From the NCBI RefSeq assembly GCF_037042905.1, contig NC_087250.1, positions 6,822,001 through 6,886,000 on the forward strand: a stretch of DNA of 64,000 nt. Reading direction: 5' to 3'. Under the pieces are notes generated by a model. The model had not been told where the DNA came from, ran no database searches, and saw only the letters and a list, made by a program, of their open reading frames with translations. The translations under genes and the position numbers were made by a program. Positions 52,182 through 63,354 of this stretch are shown here, in pieces (the first letter of the stretch is position 1; each line of letters starts with the position of its first letter). This DNA is from Lytechinus pictus. Its lineage: Eukaryota.

Positions 52182-52699
52182 ATTAGTAAATATGAGCTTG
52201 GTAATGATATGAATGATGATATGACTACCAGGTTGTGGAACTGTCTGGGATCCTTCAACCTACTGACCCATCTAAGCATCTCAGACTCATCTCTCAGTTT
52301 CCCTCCATCACCCCCTCAACTGCTATCCGTCACAGCGCTATCAGCTGAGAAAGTGACGTCACAATGCTATGAAGGACTGATCTCATCGCTCCCTGGTTTG
52401 GTAATGATCGATATCACCACTGATAATGCAGATAGAGACATATCCCAGATCACTGCTGGTCTCAGGCGAACAGGACAGAAACTCACAAACATCAACTTTC
52501 ACGCACCGCCATCACTCCAACCAGAGAAGATTCGTGTATCGCGTGAGACTATGAGAACACTGAGTCTGCTGATCAGACAACATTACAAGAACCTGCAGTC
52601 GATTGGTTTGTCTGGAGTTATTAATTTGAATGAAGAAGACCTTGTTGAACTGCTCGAGTCATCGACCTCTTTGGCATCATTGGCTCATCTGAATGTAGA
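52182..52699 (+). CDS. NLR gene exon: LRR cassette 3, large exon
   Basis: Acceptor TTTCTTTTTCAG|; ISKYELG...TTRLWNCLGSFNLLTHLSISDS...; clear paralogue of 48942-49432; donor GA|GTGAGT. Confidence 0.9.
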
Positions 52700-53013
52700 G
52701 TGAGTCGGGTTTGTTTTTGTATTCATCTATACATGCTTAACTCTTGCCAATCTTAAGTGCCACTGTACGGAAGTTCAAAAAGCAGGTACATGTATTAATG
52801 GATATTTGCTTCCGTAACAGTAGGATCCATGTTAACATGAAGGCGACTCTGACTTAAAAATATTAAGTTAGATCGGCTACAAAGATTTGGCACATGATTT
52901 AATCCATCCTTTAAATTGAATAAACAGCAGCCAGTCGGATGTTCTCAGAGTATCTCGATACCATTATGTTTACCTACATACCTCGACCTTATCTATGTCG
53001 GGAGTATTAACAA

Positions 53014-53049
<36 letters not shown>

Positions 53050-53134
53050 TAATAGTAATAATGGTAGGCGTAGCTTAAATCAGATCTGGCTCTCTGACGG
53101 TCAATTGGATCGGGGTCGCCCTAGCCACTAACCC

Positions 53135-53206
53135 GTCTCTGTGGTCTAGTGGTTAAGGCACCGGTGTTCAAAGCTTGGGGCCTGGCTTCGATTTCCGACA
53201 GAGACA
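53135..53206 (+). tRNA. tRNA-like gene or pseudogene, anticodon TCA, short variable loop
   Basis: 72-nt cloverleaf: perfect 7-bp acceptor GTCTCTG/CAGAGAC plus A discriminator; D stem GTCT/AGGC with A box TGGTCTAGTGG; loop GTTCAAA; T loop TTCGATT. Anticodon and T stems carry mismatches. TTTT follows at 53209-53212. Confidence 0.7.
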
Positions 53207-53265
53207 TATTTTCGGCATCACCATTTTTTCCAAAGGGTAGATAGCTCTGGGGAACATTGATTTAA

Positions 53266-53835
53266 AGTAGAAATATATTGAAAATCGTAAAAGTAAAGAA
53301 TCATATATCAAATTAAAGGAAAAAGTAAGGAGAACACGATGGTGTACATCATTTATCGTGGAGACTGATGAAACTCAGTTAATTGATAGTTGAAAGTTCT
53401 CTCTCTGAATGCTTCAAACACGCAGAATTACGTCCACGAAATTGGGGATTTTTTTATGACGTCACTGTCTGTACGAGAGGCGTGATTGGCTCTCCCACGT
53501 GAAGCTCCACTTGCATGCAAAACCTGTTGCGTGGGTTCGTTTTCTCCACATTGTCACTGAATACTTCGATCCCGAAATGAAAAAAAACAGAATTTTATCT
53601 AAAATTGGGAGAGCCAATCACGCCTCTCGTACAGAAAGTGACATCATCAAATTCGAGTCAATTCAGAGACCGATGTGAGGCATATTTCGGATAGGCATTT
53701 TAGCGTTTTTTATTCGGCGATTTTCACCTTTTGTATTATTTTCGTTATTTTTGAATAACCCACTGATAATCCCCAAATCATTACCTTTCCATTGATATAT
53801 AATTAAACCACATTCATAATCAATATATTTCTCCT
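53266..53835. mobile_element. Kolobok-like MITE within the composite unit
   Basis: TTAA flanks (53262-53265, 53836-53839); TIR AG(T/G)AGAAATATATTG; internal 41-bp inverted arms at 53457-53497 and 53606-53646. Confidence 0.65.
53360..53406 (+). ncRNA. Minimal type I hammerhead ribozyme motif
   Basis: Helix I GGAGA/TCTCT; CTGATGA at 53365-53371; helix II AACT...AGTT; GAAA at 53392-53395; minimal helix III (A-U, G-C, UU loop); CUC triplet with predicted cleavage after 53401. Confidence 0.65.
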
Positions 53836-54009
53836 TTAAGCTACGCTTATATATATATATATATACATGTATAATACTTTCTCGCTTTACTCGGTTCTAA
53901 CATTAATACAGTTCATAATAGCAACTTGGATGAAATAGGATAGAAACTAATAATGTTCCTTTGCAAATATTACTGAAGAAAATAGCAGAAATTCTCCATT
54001 CAATGACCT

Positions 54010-56842
54010 CAATAGAAAAAGCAGTTCATGGGCTAATTGCTGATAGGATAAACCATTTGGAATCTGTTTCGCCTGACAGCCCGAAATTTGTAACTGGGGA
54101 TTTCAATCAGTGCACATTAGAACATGTTTTGCCCACATACGAACAGTACGTTACACAACCTACACGTAACGATGCGACGCTAGATCGTTGCTATGGAAAT
54201 GTTCCCACGGCATACAAAACAAAGGCCTGTCCACAGCTCGGTGCATCGGATCACAACAATGTCTTGTTAGTACCGTCCTACCAACAGAAGCTAAAAAGAA
54301 ACAAGCCGGTAAAAAAGGTTCGCCAGTGCTGGACCGAGGAAGCAATTGAGGAACTTCGCGCATGTTATGAATCAACGGATTGGAATCTTTTCTTCGAAAC
54401 ACAAAACACGGTGGATCAGTCGGTCGATGTAATTTCTGATTACATTCGGTATTGTGCTCAGACGATTATACCAGAAAAAGAAAAAAGGTCTTTGCTAACG
54501 ATAAACCATGGGTCAGTAGTTCGCTGAAGAAGCTGCTGCATGAAAAAAGGAAGGTGTTCAAGAGTGGTGATCGAGGTCAGCTAAAAGATGTACAAAAACA
54601 GATTGATCGGGAGATTAAGTCTTGTAAACGGTCCTACAAAAGCAAACTTGAACGCAGTTTCTCTCAAAATAACACTCAAGCAGCATGGCGCGCGATGGAA
54701 ACAATTACGGGATACAAAGGGAAGAAAAAGTCTCCGGACTTTACCGCAGACTTTGTTGATGAACTCAATAGTTTTTACTCAAGATTTGAAGTACATGATT
54801 TTCATAGGGAAAATATTGTTCTGAAAGGTCATTTAGAACATTTGATTTCCCAGTTTGGTGACAGTAATAGAGTTCTGTTCTCTGAAGAAAATGTTAGGAG
54901 GGTGCTGGGGAAGGTAAAAGTAAACAAAGCAACCGGCCCGGATGGCATTTGCAATAGATTATTGAAATACTGTAACCAACAGTTATCTCCAATTCTATGT
55001 CATATTTTTCAATTGTGTATGGATACAGGGGTTATCCCGAAATTGTGGAAAACCTCCATAATCATACCAATCCCTAAGATAAACAAAGCCCGTGAACCAA
55101 ACGATTTCCGACCGGTAGCACTAACATCAAATGTTATGAAATGTTTCGAAAGGCTCTTTCTTGTCCAATTGTTAAAAGAATCACAGTGTCAAATAGACCC
55201 ATGTCAATTTGCCTATCGGTCAAAGAGAAGTGTAGAAGATGCTACCCTCGTTTTTCTCCATAAGATATATGAGCATCTCGACCGTGCAAAGTCGTACACG
55301 CGATCACTATTTCTTGACTTCTCGAGTGCATTTAATACGATTGCACCTCATTGCCTTGTACAAATGTTGATAGATATGAAAGTAAACCCCAGACTTATTC
55401 TATGTATCCAAAATTTCCTTTGCTCGAGAATTCAATCAGTTAAAGCTGGGAACTGTCAGTCAAGAGAGTTGGTGACGCAAATTGGAGCCCCCCAAGGTTG
55501 CGTATTATCTCCCGTTCTTTTCTCGTTGTACACGAGTAATTACATAGGTACGAAGACATCCTGCAGTGTAATCAAGTATGCCGACGATACCGTGATAACA
55601 GGCTACCTGTTCAATGATCCTAATGAATATATCTCACAGATAAATGATTTTGTCAGTTGGTGTGACGATCATTACCTGATATTGAATACCAGTAAAACCA
55701 AAGAAATTATCATTGATTTTCGGAAGGGTGATAAAATTCATGAACCACTCCGTATTCACGGAGATGTCATTGAGCAGGTACATGAGTACAAATACCTCGG
55801 AACAATCATTGATGACAAGCTCTCATGGAAGCAAAATTGTCTATCAGTACAAAATAGAACAAATCAAAGGATGTTTTTCTTGCGAAAACTTAAAAGTTTT
55901 CACATCGATAAAACTATACTGAAACTGTTCAATCAATCAATCATCAAAAGTGTAATAACTTTCAACCTGGTATGTACTTTCGGAAATATGTCAAACGAGC
56001 AAAAACAAAGAATAGACCGGATTCGACGAATTGCACAAAAGACGATAGGCATGGATTTGTCCCCTGTCCAAGCAATTTACGAAGAACGCATACTTGCCAA
56101 AGTACATACCATAATGGCAGACAAGACTCACCTCCTCAATGATTGGTTCCGTTTTAATCGTTCAGGAATACGACTGTGTCCCCCCCCCCCCCCCGCACAC
56201 GCCTTTCACGCTACCGGTACTCCTTTATTCCTAATTCTATACATGTGTATAACTCAAAAGTAACACGATGATATATCTTTCTCTTTTCCTTTTTCTTTTT
56301 TTCTTCTTCCTCTTTTACTTTTTCATTTTCTCCTCTTTTTTCTTCTTCCTCTCCCTCTTCTCCTACTCAGTTCTTCTGCTTCTTTTTTTCTCCTTTCTTC
56401 TTCTTTCCTGTTCTTTCTTTTCCCTTTCCTTTTCTTCTTCTTCTACACTTTACCTTTCCTTCCAGCTTCCTTTCATAATTTCTTTCATATCCTTCACTCT
56501 TTTGAACGGGTATCTTGTAAGTGTCAATTTATGATGATAACATACCTCATACTAGGATGGGGGGGCGGGTGGGGTTGGCAGCATGCAGACATCTCATCAC
56601 CTATTTCTTATACTTTATGAATTTCGAATTATGAATTCTAGGGGTTATCAACCTATTGCAGTTATCAATAGTCTAAGTTGTATTGTTTATGTAGAGTTAG
56701 ATTGTTATGATATATCTTATTTAGTGTGTATGTTATGTGTTTAAAGCCATTGGAAACTAAATTTCTCTGTATGCTTAGCATTCATTGACCAATAAAACAA
56801 TCTTGAATCTTGAATCTTGAATCTTGAATCTTGAATCTTGAA
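54010..56842 (+). mobile_element. 5'-truncated Rex1/Babar-like LINE; ORF2 (APE endonuclease C-terminus + RT) is frameshifted
   Basis: TGDFNQ, PTRNDATLDRCY and GASDHN (APE); KATGPDGI, FRPVALTSNVMKCFERL, DPCQFAYR, FLDFSSAFNTI, GAPQGCVLSP, KYADD, YKYLG (RT); frameshifts at ~54480 (A-rich run) and at the C-run 56180-56194; 3' end AATAAA plus (AATCTTG)6. Confidence 0.9.
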
Positions 56843-57515
56843 ATAAGTGGCTCGCTTGTCTTCCGTAACTTATATGAGCTCACCAGTAACTAGTCGGATG
56901 CTGCTATCCGAATGTTTTCTATCATCATAGCTCCTAGATGTGACTTTTGTATCTTCTCTGTAAATCGATTTTTCTAGATTTATCTCACTACGGTGTGTTG
57001 ACGCTTGAAGTGATTATTGCATATTACCTTCATAACAATATCTAACATGTCTAACTATTGAAAAATCAACCATATCTTTCGTGTTTTGTCTATTCCATTG
57101 AATTCTGAAGTCGCTTGTCTAATTACCTCCATCACAATGGAAATTTCTTTTTCCTCCATGAATTATATGTTCTCTTATGTTTTATCGACTACGCTTATGA
57201 TAATAATGATACGAGGTAAAAAAATTGTAATCTGATGAAGTCTCTCATTCTGATCATGATGATCACTATGATCAGTAATGAATCTCAAAATACCTCTTTT
57301 ATCAAGCATCAGTTTTGTATATACCGAGATATTGACTTGTTTACTGCGCTTGATATGAAAATAATCATCAGAGAATCGACAACAGATATTTTTTGGCATC
57401 TCTCTCTCTCTCTTACTGGTCACAATTCCAATGTTCACAATTAGTTCACAATTGAATGATGTTTTATGGTTTATTTTCATTCCCGTTATGAATTTCTATT
57501 TTCTATACAATTTAG

Positions 57516-57564
57516 AACTCTTGATAAATGGCATTTCGACTTTGATATCGCGGAAGGTGTTCAG
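57516..57564 (+). CDS. NLR gene micro-exon, cassette 3 (TLDKWHFDFDIAEGVQ)
   Basis: AATTTAG|49 nt|GTGAGC; phase 2 to 0. Confidence 0.87.
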
Positions 57565-57613
57565 GTGAGCATAGGTGGATGTATATTATTTGTGTAACTT
57601 GGTGGTTACTATA

Positions 57614-58417
57614 CAGTGCATCCCAGAAAAAAGGAAACCGATATTTTTCGATGATTTATCATAACTTAATCACAAATACAATAGACAAATGACCTACCAT
57701 TTTAAAGCTTAGAATCTCTTCTTTCATCTGAAATTACTTAGATTATTTCTCATTCACGCATGAGTGAGCAAATCAATTTGAAAATGGGATATCAAAAAGT
57801 CACTTGGCCTGCCGTATTTGGGTTTTAAAAAGAAAACCACATTTTTAAAAAGTTCAATATCTGCTCTTTAATCTGATACCTCAATTACAGAAAATGGTCA
57901 AGAAATAACAAAGTTCTGGTTATTTTAAAAAAAGGCTTTAATTTCAATAATTTCATAAACTGAGGAAGTTTTACAGGCTAGCGTTCAAACTCAATCGACA
58001 CTCCGTTTTGTTGACGATCAGCAATGCATTAAGTCTTTTGTTACCGTGCGTGGGAGAACGGTGAAAAACCCGTTTATTTAATGAAGTTATGGAAATACAA
58101 GCGTTGTTTCGAGGGATCATAACTTTTTTACTTCTTGACCATTTTCTGTGATTAAGGTATCAAATAAAAGAGCGGATATTGAACTTATTATTTATATGAT
58201 TTTCTTTTTTTAAATTGAGATACGCCCCGCCAAATGAGTTTTTGGCTTCGAATTGTTTTTGCTCACTCATGCGCGAATGAGGAATAATCTAGGTAATACC
58301 AGATGAAAGAAGAGATTCTAAGCTTTACATTGGTAGGTCATCTGCCTATGTTATTTATGATTAAGTTATGATAAATCATCGCTAAATCTCGGTTTCTTTT
58401 TTTTCTGGGACGCACTG
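57614..58417. mobile_element. Tc1/mariner-type MITE with long (~350-bp) imperfect TIRs
   Basis: CAGTGC(A/G)TCCCAGAAAAAA termini; TA TSD (57612-57613, 58418-58419); a paralogous empty site is present at ~62733-62742. Confidence 0.92.
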
Positions 58418-59284
58418 TATAGCTGTAATGATATCAGGGGCAGATCCAGCTTTCACCAATTGAAAGGGGAATATTTTCCACGTGTCCCCCACCCCCGGCC
58501 GCTAAAAGCTGATGTTTGCTAGTTTCGTAACAATATTCTGACGAAACATAATAGTTATTCAAGCAATTTTGCGCTGTGATTTCTTTTTCATTTTGGGGCA
58601 CTTGGGATTCAAATTTAGATCTGGCTCCCAGATTCGTTATTTTTCTTATGTTTATTGACAAAAAACGCGTTAGAGTACCTACTTGACGTATTTAGAAATT
58701 TTATATTAGAAGACAACGTATAGGCCTATAGATCAAATCCTGAGATTTTAAGTTAATCCAATAATTGAGAAACTCTTTTAAAAGACAAGACAAGATTACG
58801 CAGGAATTTTATGCATCCGTTTTTTTTTTTGTATTAAAGTTTGATGTAAAATGGGTAAATTTGTCGATCAAACATTTTTTAAGCTTTAAAACTTCACACG
58901 ACAACCGTTTTGGTGCACATGCATTAAAAAAATAAGACAATCAAATGGAATAGTGACATGTATTCGGGGATGGGAAGTTTACCCAAACTAAACGCTTCCA
59001 TTTTTTAATCTATTTTATTTTTAAAAAAATGTATATACAGTGTATTACTTGGTTTTTCTTTCAGATTTTTTTCAAATTAGCGTATATTTTCAAGCGTCTA
59101 AATAATAAATAAAAGAAATCACGTTTAATTCTAGGATATCGTTTTTTTTTCTAAAATAACTATATAGTTTCTTTTGACGAAATGCATGAAAGGTGTGAAG
59201 AAAAGTCAGAACCCAGAATTAGTTCATGTATCATTTATTTGCGCTGTAATTCTTATCCAGCTTTTCTATTCTATTTTCCTTCAG

Positions 59285-59586
59285 ATAACCAAATGCCATC
59301 TGTCTTCTGAGATGACTGCTAGAATGTGGTCTTGTCTGAGACCCCTCACCTCACTGAACCATCTCACCATTTCAGACTCATCGCTCAGTTTCTCTCTATC
59401 ACCTCCTGAACTACCGTCCGTCACAAAGCTACTAGCTAATAAACTGACGTCACAATGCTACCAAGGGTTGATCTCGTTATTACCTGGGTTGCGAGATATT
59501 GATGTCCAAAATGCAGCTACAGATGACTTTGTTGAATTTGTCGAGTCTTCAACACGTTTGACATCATTGCAACGACTTAAGATAAA
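59285..59586 (+). CDS. NLR gene exon: LRR cassette 4, shortened large exon
   Basis: Acceptor TTTTCCTTCAG|; ITKCHLSSEMTARMWSCLRPLTSLNHLTISDS...; donor AA|GTGAGT, phase 2. Confidence 0.9.
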
Positions 59587-59719
59587 GTGAGTGTCTATGT
59601 TCTTAACTCATTATTTGCCGAGGATGTTCATTTTTACCATGCCCGGATGCAATCCCCCTCCCGATTATGTGTTCAAAGCGCTCTTATATTAATTCGATAC
59701 TGTCAAGCGCCCCGCCCTT

Positions 59720-59863
59720 CAGGGACCTGGGAACGATGTTTTCAGTGGGGGTGCTGAAATCTCTCCTCAGAGGTGGGGGGGGGGGGACAGACACAATTGA
59801 ATTTTCCATAATTACACACACACACATACCACACATACCACACACACACACACACCCACCCTC

Positions 59864-59898
<35 letters not shown>

Positions 59899-61985
59899 CA
59901 TATATATGACAGTCACTTCTTAGCTTTCTTCTTATAAAAGAACATAGATATATAATTAGGTAATTCGAGCGCGAAGCGCGAGCTATTTTTTTGTAGAAAT
60001 TTCATGTATTTTGTCCTGAAAATTGAACATTATGAGCAATGTTTGTGGTCCAAGATGCGTATGTAACAAATAATAATAATTGTGAGCGCGATCAGCGCGA
60101 GCAGATATTTTTTTTATATACGCTCTGGCCTGATCGAAAGGGACGTGTTATAAGGACTGTTTGCAGTTACCCATGAAGACGATACATATATCAACAATCA
60201 AATAATGCGAGCGCGAAGCGCGAGCTGAAAATTTGACATTCCGACCTAAATACTGGACATTCTAAGCACGTTTTAAAATTATGAACAGGATAGGTATATA
60301 TACAATTGATGCGAGCGCAAAGCGCGAACGGAAACAAAATTGAGATTTCAGACCCAAAAAACGAGAGATTCTAAGTACTTTTCTAATCATGATGAGGATA
60401 GGTATAAACTATACAATTGATGCGAGCGCGAAGCGCGAGCGGAAATAAAAATGAGATTTCACACCTAAAAACGAGACATCTTATGCACTTTTCTAATATA
60501 GGTATATAACTATACAATTGATGCGAGCGGAAACAAAATTGAGATTTCAGACCTGAAAACGGGACATTCTATTCATGTTTTGTAAATCAAGAAATTGATG
60601 GGTAATTGGATATATTCTTAAATTAATAATGTGAGCGCGAAGCGCGAGCAGAAAAATTTTGATATTCTGATCTGAAACTCCACACTGAATGTAAAATGGT
60701 TTGAGAAAACTCAGACGAACATAAGAATAAAGATTTGATCAAAATCAGACAAGGAATATCACAGTTATTGCATTTTAAAGATTAGCATTATTCCCCACTT
60801 GTTCTTTTGTATTTTATTATATAAAATTAGGTTTATTCAATATTTTCATTTCAAGACCCAAAACAATGGACTAAAACTGATTTAGTCCATTAGATATTCT
60901 TTGCTGCAACTTATTTCATTATAAGGGAGACATGTCGTTCATTCTGGTATAAACAAATGAAACAATTTTGATTCCACAAGGAACAGCTAGGATAGTGGGG
61001 ATGTGACAGCATCAGCCCACCTATTAAATATCCATGACGACATGCATACCACCATTTTCATAAAATATTGCTAAACTTTAGAATTATCAGATTTTGATGA
61101 AATTTATTCATTTTTATAAAATGTATTTGAAATAAATATTTTCAGCCCGGAGTACCCCCCCCCCCCCCCCCCCCCAATCAAGCTGCGTTTCTGAATACAC
61201 ATGCGTGCGCGTGTTTAGAGTTAGACCTAGTTTCTGGGCATTCTAAATACATTTTTTATTAAAATCAATAATGCGAGCGCGAAGCGCGAGCAGAAAATAT
61301 TTGATATTCCGATCTGAAAGAGGGTGAATTTAAACACTATTTCAAGTAATGTGTCGGAAAATTCTGAAATGGGGGGGGGAGGTTCTACAAAAGGTCGTTC
61401 ATTTTCATTACATTTCTGTCATTTATCATACCTACCACTAGATTTCCAGGAGGTGCGCTGCCTATGGAAAATAACAAACGCAGCACCCCAAAAAATTTTG
61501 GGGTACTTCATCCCCAGGGCCCCCGCTTCCCAGCCCGTAGGGCCATGGCGAAAAAGACTGTGACATTTGATTTCTATTGTCTGACTTGTAATTTTTGTAT
61601 ACAATACACGGGCGGTCGGGCGCGCGCTCACTTGATTCGACATAAAACCTGGAAGTTTCAAGTGCACCCCATGTCCCTCCCTGCTATTGAAGAGTGTGTA
61701 TGGTTATCATGTATTGCGTGCGACCACGTCTGTATCGGAGTGCTGCCCCGCTGGAGCTTAATTGAGTCGCGTTATAGGAGGGATGTTATTGGAATATCTA
61801 TGTAAATGATTTGCGATTGTCGGATGTGATAATTAATATGTACATTATAACATATTTAAAAAAAAATACAGGGGGAACCTGATTTCGTGGGGGTGCTGTC
61901 TATGGAAAATAATACACGCAGCACCCCCAGGATAATTTCTGGGGGTGCTTCAGCACCCCCAGCACCCCCGCTTCCCAGGCGCCCT
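59720..61985. mobile_element. hAT-like non-autonomous element with a GCGCGAAGCGCG subrepeat array
   Basis: Ends CAGGGACCTGGGAA / TTCCCAGGCGCCCT; GGGGGTGCT and AGCACCCCC subterminal motifs; about 8 GAGCGCGAAGCGCGAGC-like motifs; no clean TSD. Confidence 0.55.
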
Positions 61986-62372
61986 TCCCTTATAACGGTC
62001 ATTTATAATCGGATATCACGCTGAATGTAGTATGTCGGCCTATTATAATATCCCAAATTGCTGAAAAAACATTTTAGGTAAACTGTAATGAGATCACAAC
62101 ACGTAGTAAAAAAAGTAGATCCACTTAAACTGAATTCTTTTTCCATCGCTCACATTTATACCGATACAGGATGTGCTGGCAGGAGACAGAATTATTCGGC
62201 AAATATATTGAGCAAAGTGGTCGAGGTACTTAAACGGATTTTCCTCGCTCGTAGTCAAAATTCATCGTAGTCAAAATTCATCTGGACAGCTGTTTGGCTG
62301 GATATTATATATAAAAAGGGAACAATAAAGTATATCATTACAAATGTATACGTCTATTACATCACAAAGTCT

Positions 62373-62411
<39 letters not shown>

Positions 62412-62629
62412 AACTGGTCATGATTTTAATATTAGTACATCGCAAGAGCAACTCTACAATGTTTGTCACAATAATATTGTCGTTACCTATAATCATGAAA
62501 ATATCATTATGATTATCCAAATAACTTTGAAGCTTATAACAATTTTCAAGGCACTTAGTTCACATCTGAATGATGTTTTATGGTTTACTATCATTCCAGT
62601 TATGAATTTCTATTTTTTCTACAATTCAG

Positions 62630-62678
62630 AACTCTTGATAGATCGCAATTCGACTTTGATACCGCGAAAGGTGTTCAG
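62630..62678 (+). CDS. NLR gene micro-exon, cassette 4 (TLDRSQFDFDTAKGVQ); gene probably continues beyond the window
   Basis: AATTCAG|49 nt|GTAAGC; phase 2 to 0; exon and flanking intron resemble 57516-57564. Confidence 0.87.
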
Positions 62679-63354
62679 GTAAGCATAGGTGTATTAAGTG
62701 GTTGGATAATATTTGTGTAACTTGCTTGTTGCTATATAACTGTAACATTATCAGGGGCGGATCTAGCTTTCACAAATAGAAGGGGGGATATTTGTGATTA
62801 TTAAAAAAAGCTTAATCATTTGGTTTTCCTCCTTAATGAAATAAAACAACGTTTGCTTCTCATATATTCATTACTTTCCCAGGGGGAATCGGTACTTAGA
62901 AAAGAAAATCCGTGACATTGATATGCAAAGCATAAAATTGTCCCTTCTAAATGTCATACTTTATTTACTAAGTTGCCGATTCGAAATTTAAATGGCCTCA
63001 CCTATCTCAATTTTAAAACAGCCAGAAATTTGTGGTTACTTTGAAATGTTCACCAATATAATTATTCACTTTTTTAGCTGATTTGAAAATCGGACATTCA
63101 AAGCACCGTTTGAAATCACAAAGAGGATAAAAATCCCACTTAACAAATAATTATAGCGTGAAGCATGAGTAAATAAAAAATATGTTATGAATATTAAATA
63201 TTTAAGCATTTTTTTAACAGAAAGTAATAACAAGTCGAATGCATTTGGCTGTCTGGCATGCATTTTGCGATATTGTAACAGTGCTGACTTTGAAAACAGC
63301 TGTTGAAAAATTATTCACAAAAGAAAGCTTTCGTATGATAATAAATTAATATTT

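Larger units (their letters stand above)
53064..53850 (+). mobile_element. Composite unit with 15-bp inverted ends containing a tRNA-like gene and a hammerhead motif
   Basis: GTAGGCGTAGCTTAA (53064-53078) vs TTAAGCTACGCTTAT (53836-53850), 13/15 inverted match; flanked by (AGT)n/(AAT)n on the left and (TA)n on the right. Confidence 0.55.

Noticed and set aside
53135..53206. Selenocysteine tRNA
   Set aside because: 7-bp acceptor stem and 4-nt variable loop; it lacks the long variable arm and extended helix of tRNA-Sec.
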